Shown in pieces: positions 39,001 through 47,753 of a DNA stretch of 52,707 nt. Made by a program: the position numbers and the translations under genes. This DNA is from Candidatus Hodarchaeota archaeon (GTDB lineage Archaea; Asgardarchaeota; Heimdallarchaeia; Hodarchaeales; Hodarchaeaceae): assembly GCA_016839785.1 (NCBI GenBank), contig JAEOTQ010000088.1, positions 1-52,707 on the forward strand, given 5' to 3'. The first letter of the stretch is position 1. Each line of letters starts with the position of its first letter. The notes under the pieces were generated by a model that worked only from the letters and a program-made list of their open reading frames with translations, was not told where the DNA came from and did no database searches.

Positions 39001-40542
39001 TACATCAGAACAAAGGATTGGGAATTTTCGCTTCCTGAAGAAATAATTGAGAATTTAAGAGTCACATACGGAGATCAGATACAAATCGCATCTAGGTGGT
39101 GGCTCTATCCACCATCAGATACTTCGGAATTCCCTAACGGTTACGTAAAAGTAGAAACTCCAGATGGGAATGAAAAATGGGAAGGGGACGCTATATTAGG
39201 TATGACGGCTGAGGAACAAAATTTTCATTCTCTCGAGACAATATTAGTAGCTGGCCGATGGTTTACCAGCTCTAATAGTTCGGAGTGTGTACTGGTTGAT
39301 GTCATCAGCAATAAATTAGGTGTAGCAGTTAATGAAACTGTTATTTGGGCTGGCCAAGAATTTATAGTTGTAGGTATAATTAGTTCTCAAGGACTTGACA
39401 GAATTAAAGATTACGACACAGAAAAAATTACACCAAAAAATAATCATGCACCAGCTCCAAATGTTCATATACAAGCAGATGAAACTTTTATATTACCAGC
39501 CTACACAGTAAAGTCTTTTGGAGGAACTATCTCCTCTATTTCAATTACAGCAAAGAATAAAACGTTACAAGAGCTCTCTTTATATGAAGAGATTGCAGGA
39601 AAAATTTCCTCAACCTACGGAAGAAACTTACTAGTTAGAGTCGGAATTAATGATGAAGTAACGATTTACAAAAGACAACTCCAAAGCCTCGGAGAGGGGT
39701 TAGGAGACCTTGGAATTCCACTGTTAATAGCAGTATTATTGATGATAAATACTTCAGTTAGTACTGTGTACGAATCAAGAAAGGAAATAAATACATTTAC
39801 TTCATTAGGATTGGCACCAGTTCATATTGCTGGATTATTCTTAGCAGAATTTCTTGTTTATGCTGTTATTGGATCTGTAATTGGGTACCTTATGGGTATT
39901 ACTTCAGCTGTAATATTGTCGGCGTTGGGTATATTTCCCGAGTCACTAGCAATTAATTATTCGTCAGGATCAATAGTCTCTGCATTAGGTTTGGGTATCG
40001 GGGGAATTCTCCTTAGTACAATATACCCGCTAAGAATATCAGCGAAGATGTCGGTTCCTTCCGTTCGACGAACATGGGAGCTAAAAACAACTTATGAAGA
40101 GGATGGTAAGACTTGGACTATTCCTCTACCCTTCGTTGCTGCAACCGAACAGGAAGCAGAGGGGATTATTGAGTTTTTAAGAGAATATTTTGTAATTTAT
40201 GAGTCAGAAAGTGTAGGAGGGGCATTTTTCGCGCAAAATATCTCGACAAGTGAAGCTGATAGAGAAAGAAGAGAGAAGCATCTAACTGCCATTGTCAACT
40301 TAGCACCTTTTGATGCAGGATTGAAACAGGAAGTGGATATCTACACTTACCTTGAGGAGATTAAATTTCACTACATATTCGAAATTAATTTAGTTCGCCT
40401 TGAAGGAATTTTATTAGCTTGGGAATCTTCAGTCCGACGATTCGTTGACAGTATTAGAAAGCAATTGTTAATTTGGAGAAGTCTTCCTAAAGAGGAAAAA
40501 GCGCTTAAATCAGAGAAATTCAGAACAAATTTAAAAAAATGA
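36004..40542 (+). CDS. Large membrane protein: PA/M28-peptidase-like ectodomain + TM bundle + MacB/FtsX permease + C-terminal domain
   Basis: SRFTGYPGYESAA, PA-like GNLIYGGKG, SAYFDS...PGADE, GDHEPF; three central TMs; RKGRTVIALSGI, GRWF, VYESRKEI..FTSLG, FLAE, YPLRISAKMSVPS. Confidence 0.85.
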   Translation: MAQLCNQNRRIMILRFTRTLFFFFFLFSFVVSIQIFFEEVLIQEDGEERIVNLTEPEAFNSISKTIDFPGFQGLSEQINQTYFANIQSHITNFSTFDQSRFTGYPGYESAAAYIRDFFMSQGLENASFLTYPLLVPLDKGTMIEVNGENYTAHTLMPNSLNPGKTASDGVTGNLIYGGKGTYSELDGKKIEDAIVVLEFNSLDNWINVASLGASGVIFLPTDETNRFEAEEKVLDIPLHFPRLYIENQTTATAIKNLSMQGDQQITIFSDMEWTSIAAKNVMGLLPGISEDIIIISAYFDSASIVPAIAPGADEACSIASMLEFIRIIKDNSIVPEKTIMFLALSGHNQQAAGARNFVDQYYSSLNVNKGIKLFLSFDLSSTNNKIAINPYGYLYKFQLQYTTGNRLITKLKDIAQDFFLSYTDAIMSESDYSFNVKSYVTNQQFKDIAPITFVGDHEPFIASNVLGLSLFTSESHRLNFNTPTDLYTHISTREFDFLKNQVVYSLCALAQLIVDVDLNPVLSNLENKQFQLKVATNAHVGYGYIEGFVKQYDETNAWLIDVPNALVRVRAYSNRDSSFGEYSFITRADETGYYQIQGVSSSQPDYPLVFIVDAYLFDSEGNLIKAIDLGTRGQYFKNSNSLTKRRTTVNPTVFDCGTLSIFGIYHPFTQVSAAQNLDYTVIDPQTRNLFFSYGYTGLKTVSLVFVQPDVPSIAVGKYNDGILGVYATNSDNQTLRGKGFTLGHGEFENLGYSSFITARDLLSATQTYISLYSLYNIYDALVESTYHTASELLNTATALKNDYQYSQSIATIIESHTWAYDSFRQARKVIQDGTTTSIFFAILLIPFAFALSALLFDFDSGIKRILATSTIYAAVFGFFYLIHPGMHLSRNIAMIIIGVVATIFVFPALFMIYQEGYDFLKSLRLKQLGSHFADTSRTSTLLIAMSTGISRMKKRKGRTVIALSGIVLITFSLTLFTSATTQITTYSKGENQDIAYEGLYIRTKDWEFSLPEEIIENLRVTYGDQIQIASRWWLYPPSDTSEFPNGYVKVETPDGNEKWEGDAILGMTAEEQNFHSLETILVAGRWFTSSNSSECVLVDVISNKLGVAVNETVIWAGQEFIVVGIISSQGLDRIKDYDTEKITPKNNHAPAPNVHIQADETFILPAYTVKSFGGTISSISITAKNKTLQELSLYEEIAGKISSTYGRNLLVRVGINDEVTIYKRQLQSLGEGLGDLGIPLLIAVLLMINTSVSTVYESRKEINTFTSLGLAPVHIAGLFLAEFLVYAVIGSVIGYLMGITSAVILSALGIFPESLAINYSSGSIVSALGLGIGGILLSTIYPLRISAKMSVPSVRRTWELKTTYEEDGKTWTIPLPFVAATEQEAEGIIEFLREYFVIYESESVGGAFFAQNISTSEADRERREKHLTAIVNLAPFDAGLKQEVDIYTYLEEIKFHYIFEINLVRLEGILLAWESSVRRFVDSIRKQLLIWRSLPKEEKALKSEKFRTNLKK

Positions 40543-40560
40543 TACAGAGGCCAACAAATC

Positions 40561-42462
40561 ATGAGTGAAAGTCTAGAAAACAATGATAATGTGATTGGAA
40601 CAGAAGAGCACAAAGAGGAATTTCAAAGTGGATTCACATGGCGAGTTGGCCTTGCAATAGTATATTCAGCAGTTATTATTCAACCCGCAGCCATTTATCT
40701 TTATTTTGTTACTAATCAATGGTTTATTGGAGCTGTTTTGAACACAACCATTGTTTTATTTGCAGTATTCGCTAAATTAGCAGACAATCCCCTTACTAAA
40801 CAAGAAGTCTTCATGCTGATCAATGTCACGAGTACAGCTCTTGGCATGGAAATGATTGTTGCCTTGGTTTTTAATTATTATTTAAGACATCACCCCATCA
40901 TAAGTTCACAACTTGTAAACGGGGTACCCCTCTCTGCATTGATTCCTGATTGGTTTGCCCCAGCATATTTTGGTCCTATAGAGACTTTACTAAATCCAGT
41001 GTTTATCCTTCCATTAGGGTTACTCATAATTAATGCACTTCTGGCAAAATCAACGGACATTTCTTTGGGTATTGTATTCAACTATTTATACACTAAAGTC
41101 GAGGTATTACCATTCCCAACAGCTGAAGTTGAAGCTGAAAGAGCTAGGGCATTGACATGGGATGATAAGAATAAATTACAGGTTTTTTCAGTTAGTGCGA
41201 TAATAGCAAGTTTTGCAGGATTGATTCTCTACTTTTTTCCCCTAGTTTTTGATATAACATTGATTCCCATCCCTTGGTTTGATTTCACTCCATCTGTTGA
41301 AGGATTTTTTAATGGTGCAACATTTGGAATTGCTACTGATATAATTTTCTTTGTAACTGGATTTATACTTCCTATGAGCGTTGTTGCTAGTATTTTAATC
41401 GGATCTCTCTTCGTAAACTTTCTTGTCAATCCATTACTCGTTGCAAATAATATTGATATAGGCTGGGAAAAAGGAATGTCCCTTGTAGACACCTTCAATA
41501 ATTCTCAGCTAAACTTCTGGTTACCCTGGACAATTGGTCTACTTCTAAGCTCTGCATTAATCCCCATTTTACGAAATCCAAAAATCTTTATTACAACTAT
41601 AAGAGACTTGAGAAAGCTATCCCAAGGAAAAGGAGAAGAAATGGACGGTGGTACTCCCAAATTAAGCCTATTGTTTGGATTTTTTGTATTGGGAACTTTA
41701 GGTTCTGTTGCAGTCGCTTGGTTAATCATTCCTGACCTTTCACAGCAAATGATTGTCATACTTATCATATTAACATTAGGTTGGAGTTTTTTGTCTTCTC
41801 TAACAATGGCATACGCTTTTGGAATAACAGCTAATCTTCCAGTTATACCTTACGTTAAAGAATCAGCTTTTGTTGCAGCTAATGCACCTGTCGGTGGTAA
41901 AATATGGTTCATGCCATTAGTGATTTCACAAGGAGGAGCAGGATGGGTAGCTACATTCAAAACAGCAGACTTAACGTATACGAAGAGAGGGAGCTTAATA
42001 AAAGCACACTTCTTAGCTTCGTTTGTAGCTTGGATAGCAGGTGTCTTTTGGGTTTCAGCCCTTCTCTCGATTGCCCAAGTACCCTCTGTAATTTTCCCAG
42101 TTCCATTTTGGCCTCTAGAGGTCGGGAAAATTGCTACTTTTGTAACAAATCCAACAGCAATAATTGATCCTATTATCATCGGAATTGCCTTTATTGCCAC
42201 TTTATTCCTATATATTCTAGAATGGGGTACTCCGATTCCAATATCAGTAATTTCTTTCTCCGTGGGAACAATAACGGTTATTCCTTATGCGCTTACTACA
42301 TTTTTAGGTGCACTTTTTGCTCAATTATTGAAGTCACGAATGGATAACTGGAATACAAATCGAGCAGTTATACTAGCTGGTACAGGTGCAGGAGTCGGGA
42401 TTGTAATCGCTCTGGCTACATTCTTGTCTTTAATTAAAAACACAATTGCTTTACCATTATAG
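40561..42462 (+). CDS. OPT-family-like oligopeptide/oligosaccharide transporter membrane protein
   Basis: About 15-16 TM segments; SGFTWR, LTKQE, IPDWFAP, VEVLPFPTAEV. Confidence 0.7.
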   Translation: MSESLENNDNVIGTEEHKEEFQSGFTWRVGLAIVYSAVIIQPAAIYLYFVTNQWFIGAVLNTTIVLFAVFAKLADNPLTKQEVFMLINVTSTALGMEMIVALVFNYYLRHHPIISSQLVNGVPLSALIPDWFAPAYFGPIETLLNPVFILPLGLLIINALLAKSTDISLGIVFNYLYTKVEVLPFPTAEVEAERARALTWDDKNKLQVFSVSAIIASFAGLILYFFPLVFDITLIPIPWFDFTPSVEGFFNGATFGIATDIIFFVTGFILPMSVVASILIGSLFVNFLVNPLLVANNIDIGWEKGMSLVDTFNNSQLNFWLPWTIGLLLSSALIPILRNPKIFITTIRDLRKLSQGKGEEMDGGTPKLSLLFGFFVLGTLGSVAVAWLIIPDLSQQMIVILIILTLGWSFLSSLTMAYAFGITANLPVIPYVKESAFVAANAPVGGKIWFMPLVISQGGAGWVATFKTADLTYTKRGSLIKAHFLASFVAWIAGVFWVSALLSIAQVPSVIFPVPFWPLEVGKIATFVTNPTAIIDPIIIGIAFIATLFLYILEWGTPIPISVISFSVGTITVIPYALTTFLGALFAQLLKSRMDNWNTNRAVILAGTGAGVGIVIALATFLSLIKNTIALPL

Positions 42463-42469
42463 AGTAATA

Positions 42470-43150
42470 TTATAACCTGGTTTGAGTTTCTTGGGTAATT
42501 CTTTGTACTCTAATTGCGATTTCCTCTAAAAGTTCAATAATGAGATCAATTGTCTGAAAATATCTCTTTTTGGACAATATCATATCTACAAATTTTTCAA
42601 TACTTATATTCCATATAAGTTCCGTGGGAGATTCGTAGGTTTTTCTGTACTCACGACAGTATTCATCCAGATCCTTAGTTATGATAGGTTGGGAGAAAAG
42701 TCGGATTGATACTTGATCTGGAACAATTTTGTGAATGTGCTCCAAAACGGAAGTATCTTGATTTAGGGATTCAACTAACGAAGTGTTTATGTATAAACCA
42801 GGGATTTCCCTCTGTAGATGTTCTAGAAAGGATGAGGATCGAAAAACGTATTTTTTCTTCAGATATCCTTTTCGCTCTATCTCACACTCATATCCCTTTA
42901 GCCTTTGAAAAAGGAGAGAGTCATCAAAGGAGAAGTTTTCCTTATTAATTACTATAACCGAGGCTGTAAATTCCCAAGATTTATCAGAAGAGTACGAGAG
43001 TCGTTTGGATCTGACAAGTATTGAATTAAAATGATAGTTTATTTTGGGAACTAACACACTTGCACCTAGATCGGATATTTGCCAGTCTCCGTACTTGGAC
43101 ATGTATTTAGCAAAGGGAGCCAATAAACCATCAGTGTAGGATTCAACCAT
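42470..43150 (-). CDS. Hypothetical soluble protein
   Basis: 226-aa ORF filling the gap between flanking genes; no recognised motif. Confidence 0.55.
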   Translation of the reverse strand: MVESYTDGLLAPFAKYMSKYGDWQISDLGASVLVPKINYHFNSILVRSKRLSYSSDKSWEFTASVIVINKENFSFDDSLLFQRLKGYECEIERKGYLKKKYVFRSSSFLEHLQREIPGLYINTSLVESLNQDTSVLEHIHKIVPDQVSIRLFSQPIITKDLDEYCREYRKTYESPTELIWNISIEKFVDMILSKKRYFQTIDLIIELLEEIAIRVQRITQETQTRL

Positions 43151-43321
43151 AAGTACTCATCAGGAATAATTATAATTTAACTGACTTATAATAGACTTTA
43201 AAATTCATTCGTTCCCCTTTAGACTAATTACTTTAAACGAGAAATAATCTTTTAAACCGCTGTTATTTTTTAATTTGATCAATAAAACAAAATACATCGT
43301 TGTTTCCCCTTGGTGGTTAGT

Positions 43322-45559
43322 ATGAAAAAGTCATTAAAATCCTTAATCTTTATTGTATTACTATTGTCTCTTCTAACTCAAGTAAATATTGGTCAGAGTG
43401 AACCAAAAACTGCTTCTGTTATAGAAGAACGAATATTATCTAAAACTGTTGCAACTGATGAGATGATCAAAGTAAACATCAATGTTACTGCACCTAGTAC
43501 TCATGATCTTCCAGCTTCCACAGCCATAATAATCAAATTAACCGAGATTGCCCCTAATCTACCAGTCTCGATTGATCCTTTTGGTATGAATACTCCTGAA
43601 AGCTCGGATGATATTAAATGGAATGCAGCGTATGTAACGCACAACGGTTCATTGATACCTTCTCAAGTAGATGATGTAGATGGCATCACAGGTTTTTCGG
43701 AAAATGATGAATTGCTGTTTGCGCTTCCAGAAGCAGTCGCCCTAACTGCAGGACAGAGTGATATCTTTACTGTCTATTTTAGTCCATTAGATTTAGATCT
43801 CCCCCCCCCATATTTTCCAGAAGTCTGCAGTATCATTGTTTATCCAAAACTGGAGGCAATTGATGCTTTACATTCAGATATGGTTGACACAAATGACGGA
43901 GCATTCTATATTGGGAATGGTCTCGTACAAGGGGCAGTATTAGTTGCAGCCGCGTGGTCTTCGGGATGTGTATATGAAATTTCGCTCTTAGATGACCAAG
44001 GTGAATCCCGATTTGATATAATTAAACAAAAATTCCCAGAAGAGGGGCAAAAGTGGAAATGGGCTCGGTTTGCTCGGTTTGAACAATTCACATCGCAAAA
44101 TCAATATGCTACTCGCCCTTACCCTGGCAAATTAATTGAAATGATCCCTGGGCCAATTCGTGCTCGAATTACTGTGCAAAGTACACAACCTTATACAAGA
44201 GGTGAATTTGGAGGGCCTGTCACTAAATTTGATCTTTTTGGCTTATTTACTTATGATGTATATGTTAATCAACCCTATCTTGATTATTCCATGGACATTA
44301 CAGGCCCCAGTGCTGGCAGTTACTCCGAGCTTGAACTTGAATACCAAAACCGAGAATGGGGTGGTGGAAGGGTTGGTACTTTTTATAAGGAAATTTATGT
44401 TCCAGGAATAGGATGGGTTATGCGAGGCCCAGATGATACCGATATCCACAGTATCGATGCAAGCAGCTTTGATTCCCCGTGGTATCTCGAGGCCTTGAAT
44501 GGAAAAACTATTATTCCTCCCCAATGGGAGGAACCAAACGACGATGAACTTGGTTTTGGATTCATTTTTGATGATATTGGTTTTAGTAATATCACTTGGA
44601 GTGCTTCAACTGAAGGGGTAAAGAATCTGTATCATGCTGCTCAGTTTCCTTTTAACACTAGGTACCATCCATTCGATATTGATACTCTTGGAGGCCAAGA
44701 CAAAATAGCCTTTATGGAAGATAGATATGTAGACTATTTGAGACCTGACCCGATACTCACCTTTAATAGCTCTATAATCTCTGTAGCTGACATACCTTTT
44801 GAATATCTATTTGTATCTGAACCAGAGGTCGATCTTGATTTTGATAATTATATCTTACAGATTGAGAATATTACCGCTTTTGCTACTGATACAGCAACAT
44901 TTGTTAATGATACAACCGCCATTAGTGCCACGTATAAGATACTGAATTTTAAAGAAAAAACAGAAACTGGAATAACAGGGGATCTAACATGGAATTCCAC
45001 ATCTCAAACGTGGGGGGTTCAAGATCTCGACATTTCAGCACTAAATCTATTTAATCCTTTCTTAGTCTTAGCAAACTTTGAAACGTCTACACTTACTGGG
45101 GAAAGTCCTCCTTCTGAACGCTGGGGAGGTGGTGCGGATGTTTTTCCTCCAATAATTGGTGCTGTTTCCAGAGATCCTTCTGATATCGTCAGGGATTCAC
45201 AGATGGTGAATATAAGTGCCTCTGTAGAAGATGATGAAGGGGAGGTCACATCAGTGATGTTGTCTTACTATAATGGAACGTGGTACAATATGACAATGCA
45301 ACCTGCATATGGGTTGTACAAAGCATCTATACCTCCTCAAGCTCAGGGAACCAAAGTCGAGTATAAGGTCACCGCCTATGATGATGCTGAACCCCGAAAT
45401 TTTAACACTTCAGAGATTTACAGTTACACTGTTGCCGTAGAATATTCCCCGGGACAAGGCTTAGTTCCACTATTCCTTGGTGGTGGAGTACTCATTGCTG
45501 CGGTAATTCTCGCGTTAAAATCTGGTGCACTTCATAGACTGAAGTATGATGAAGTATAG
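43322..45559 (+). CDS. Surface-anchored protein: DUF4861-like N-terminal region, Ig-like domain, C-terminal TM
   Basis: Signal peptide MKKSLKSLIFIVLLL; IPSQVDDVDG...DELLF; GPIRARI; DVFPPII...VEYKVTAYD Ig-like module; C-terminal TM. Confidence 0.65.
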   Translation: MKKSLKSLIFIVLLLSLLTQVNIGQSEPKTASVIEERILSKTVATDEMIKVNINVTAPSTHDLPASTAIIIKLTEIAPNLPVSIDPFGMNTPESSDDIKWNAAYVTHNGSLIPSQVDDVDGITGFSENDELLFALPEAVALTAGQSDIFTVYFSPLDLDLPPPYFPEVCSIIVYPKLEAIDALHSDMVDTNDGAFYIGNGLVQGAVLVAAAWSSGCVYEISLLDDQGESRFDIIKQKFPEEGQKWKWARFARFEQFTSQNQYATRPYPGKLIEMIPGPIRARITVQSTQPYTRGEFGGPVTKFDLFGLFTYDVYVNQPYLDYSMDITGPSAGSYSELELEYQNREWGGGRVGTFYKEIYVPGIGWVMRGPDDTDIHSIDASSFDSPWYLEALNGKTIIPPQWEEPNDDELGFGFIFDDIGFSNITWSASTEGVKNLYHAAQFPFNTRYHPFDIDTLGGQDKIAFMEDRYVDYLRPDPILTFNSSIISVADIPFEYLFVSEPEVDLDFDNYILQIENITAFATDTATFVNDTTAISATYKILNFKEKTETGITGDLTWNSTSQTWGVQDLDISALNLFNPFLVLANFETSTLTGESPPSERWGGGADVFPPIIGAVSRDPSDIVRDSQMVNISASVEDDEGEVTSVMLSYYNGTWYNMTMQPAYGLYKASIPPQAQGTKVEYKVTAYDDAEPRNFNTSEIYSYTVAVEYSPGQGLVPLFLGGGVLIAAVILALKSGALHRLKYDEV

Positions 45560-45582
45560 GAAGATTCTCATGTATTTATAAG

Positions 45583-45609
45583 AAGATGAAGAGTTTCTTC
45601 ATCTTTTTT
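45583..45609 (+). terminator. Hairpin plus T-tract downstream of 43322..45559
   Basis: AAGATGAAGA-GTT-TCTTCATCTT, a perfect 10-bp stem followed by TTTT. Confidence 0.6.
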
Positions 45610-46062
45610 GCATTTTATTCAGTAGATTGACAACTGTGTCTTTAGGTGGTCTAGATGACTTCAAAATAAATTTTGATTTGTGGAATTGCCCAAGAAGAAA
45701 TACATATTAATTTTTTTCTTGTTTTATAAGAAAAAAAACGGGTAGTTAGCATGAATAAATTTGTCAGACAATTTTTTTAAGAAAAATTCTGGACAGGATG
45801 AGTCACAAATCCGTTATCCAGCAGGGTAGCAACAAGAGAAGGATTACTAACCATGGGAACTACTTAGGGATCAGTACGATAACAGTGAAGAATATCGTAG
45901 GGCACTTCTAATAAACAATCTAGTGATTATATATTATCCAACCCGTCTAACTCACCCATATTATGTTCAAGTTTAATATAGATTCGTAGTCATACTTAAA
46001 AAAGATAAACGATTAACAATAATTAAGGTAGAAAACACCTCTGTGTGTTTTTTCTATTCGTT

Positions 46063-46073
46063 AAAGGTTTAAT
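46063..46073 (+). promoter_or_regulatory. Candidate BRE/TATA box for the PGF-CTERM gene
   Basis: AAAGGTTTAAT about 45 bp upstream of ATG 46117. Confidence 0.35.
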
Positions 46074-46116
46074 TTTCAATATCTTAGCCTATTATAATTT
46101 AATATTGGTTTTTAAA

Positions 46117-47571
46117 ATGCAAAAAAGAAATATACAAATTCTATCAATAGGTCTTTTATTCCTATTATTTTTAATGCAGTCCCCTCAATCTGGGGCAGCT
46201 TCAGCTTCAGCGTACAATGCCGCTACCATCGTTGTTACAGCAGGTAGTGACGCCTTAGTTGTTGGTACTCCTATTATTATTGCTGGTTCAGATTTTTCAG
46301 GTGATTTCGCATTAGCAACAGCAGTTGTTATGGATGGCGCGACAGCCCTTCCTACACAATATGATGCTGGACTTGATGAACTAGTTTTCCAACTTCCCGC
46401 TGCACTTGCAGCAAGTGGTTCAAAAACATTTGAAGTACAAGCAGACGCAACAGGATCTTCAAATGGTCAAACATCAATTACGATGACTCGTGGTGACTAT
46501 AATGAAACCTACAGCGATTTCCTCCCAGCTTGGTCATCTGCATACATAATGAATGGTTCTGCTTTGGCCAATGATGTGCATTCTATCGGTGATGTCATTT
46601 GGGTAGATACTGACTGGGGTGTCCTTTGTTTACAAGTTGAAGCTAGCTGGAGACATGGCACCTGGAAACATGTCATTATGAAAGATAATAATTGGGATGT
46701 TGTTAGCGGATTTCTCAACGCAACTAGTGACTGGCGATGGCGCTGGGAAACTGGTCTCTTCCAAGATGCTGATGAAGGATGGCAAGTTGGCGGTCGTGGA
46801 CCTGATACTATCGAAATTGAATCCGCTGGACCCGTTCGTGCAGTCATAAGAGCAGTTGCAAACTCTCCTCACAGAGATTTGGACCAATACCTTGTTGAAA
46901 ATGCTAATGCTACTCGAACATATACAGTCTATAATGGAATCCCAGGAATTACTCAACATTTCGCAATTACAGGTCCTAACGCTACTCAGGCACACACTGA
47001 CTGGAGTGTCCTCAGTGAAGTGTTGGAACCCCTCAAAATGAAGCATCAACACTTGGATTCCACCTCTAACACTCTTGGATCAAATAATCTTACAAAAGTT
47101 TATGTTGCAGGCGATCCAACTCCAAGTAATGAGACTTACACACGAAATGCTGTAGCTAATTTAACTGCTGTAACTGATTCCTATTTCGCCGTATACAATG
47201 ACACTGATACGCGCGGGTACGTATACAATTGGGGTCCCTTTGAGTATCTAGATAATATTACCAATCTCGAGTTCGCTAATCAAATCGTTATGAATTACCG
47301 CTTCGATTATTTCCCTGCAGCAGGTTTTAACCGCTATTGGATACCTTTCAGTTCTTTCACAGGTAATATAGGTGATCATGCCGCTTCTCTGAATACTAAT
47401 ATGAAGTCCTTAATGGAGGCATCGTACACATTTGTTATAACAGAACATGATCCACCAACAACTACTACTACTACCACTACCACCGAAGATGGTGGGGCAC
47501 CTGGATTTGAACTAGTATTAGCAACCCTTAGTCTAGTAGGCGCATCGGTATTCATTAGAAAGAGAAGATAA
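46117..47571 (+). CDS. PGF-CTERM surface glycoprotein, distant paralogue of 43322..45559
   Basis: Signal peptide from MQKRNIQIL (ATG 46117); LPTQYD..LDELVFQLP; GPVRAVI; poly-Thr, APGF, TM, RKRR; many NxT/S sequons. Confidence 0.8.
   Translation: MQKRNIQILSIGLLFLLFLMQSPQSGAASASAYNAATIVVTAGSDALVVGTPIIIAGSDFSGDFALATAVVMDGATALPTQYDAGLDELVFQLPAALAASGSKTFEVQADATGSSNGQTSITMTRGDYNETYSDFLPAWSSAYIMNGSALANDVHSIGDVIWVDTDWGVLCLQVEASWRHGTWKHVIMKDNNWDVVSGFLNATSDWRWRWETGLFQDADEGWQVGGRGPDTIEIESAGPVRAVIRAVANSPHRDLDQYLVENANATRTYTVYNGIPGITQHFAITGPNATQAHTDWSVLSEVLEPLKMKHQHLDSTSNTLGSNNLTKVYVAGDPTPSNETYTRNAVANLTAVTDSYFAVYNDTDTRGYVYNWGPFEYLDNITNLEFANQIVMNYRFDYFPAAGFNRYWIPFSSFTGNIGDHAASLNTNMKSLMEASYTFVITEHDPPTTTTTTTTTEDGGAPGFELVLATLSLVGASVFIRKRR
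47458..47484 (+). repeat. ACN trinucleotide run encoding a 9-Thr linker
   Basis: Seen directly; precedes the PGF motif. Confidence 0.85.
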
Positions 47572-47575
47572 CCAA

Positions 47576-47620
47576 TTCTCTCTCCCCTTTTTTCTTTTTA
47601 CGAGATATAATTTCTTTTTG
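47576..47620 (+). terminator. Archaeal-type pyrimidine/T-rich terminator
   Basis: TTCTCTCTCCCCTTTTTTCTTTTT immediately after the stop codon. Confidence 0.5.
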
Positions 47621-47753
47621 ATTTCAATGGGATTTCCTAATTGCTTTTATTAAGTTATCTTTCGGATGGCGCATTCAGTTTCACTGAAATCATCATTATG
47701 TTACGTTGTCAAGCTCAAGACCACTAATGGAGTCTAAGAGGAAATATGAACTC

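Noticed and set aside
45800-45905. Hydrophobic minus-strand peptide (TIFFTVIVLIPK*FPWLVILLLLLPCW) as a pseudogene
   Set aside because: No start codon, an internal stop and too short to support.
33690-46012. Recurrent ATCGT/ACGAT words in intergenic regions as a shared regulon motif
   Set aside because: Too short and variable in spacing to separate from chance without statistics.
46045-46116. N-terminal extension of the PGF-CTERM ORF
   Set aside because: It overlaps a TATA-like element; the signal peptide begins cleanly at ATG 46117.
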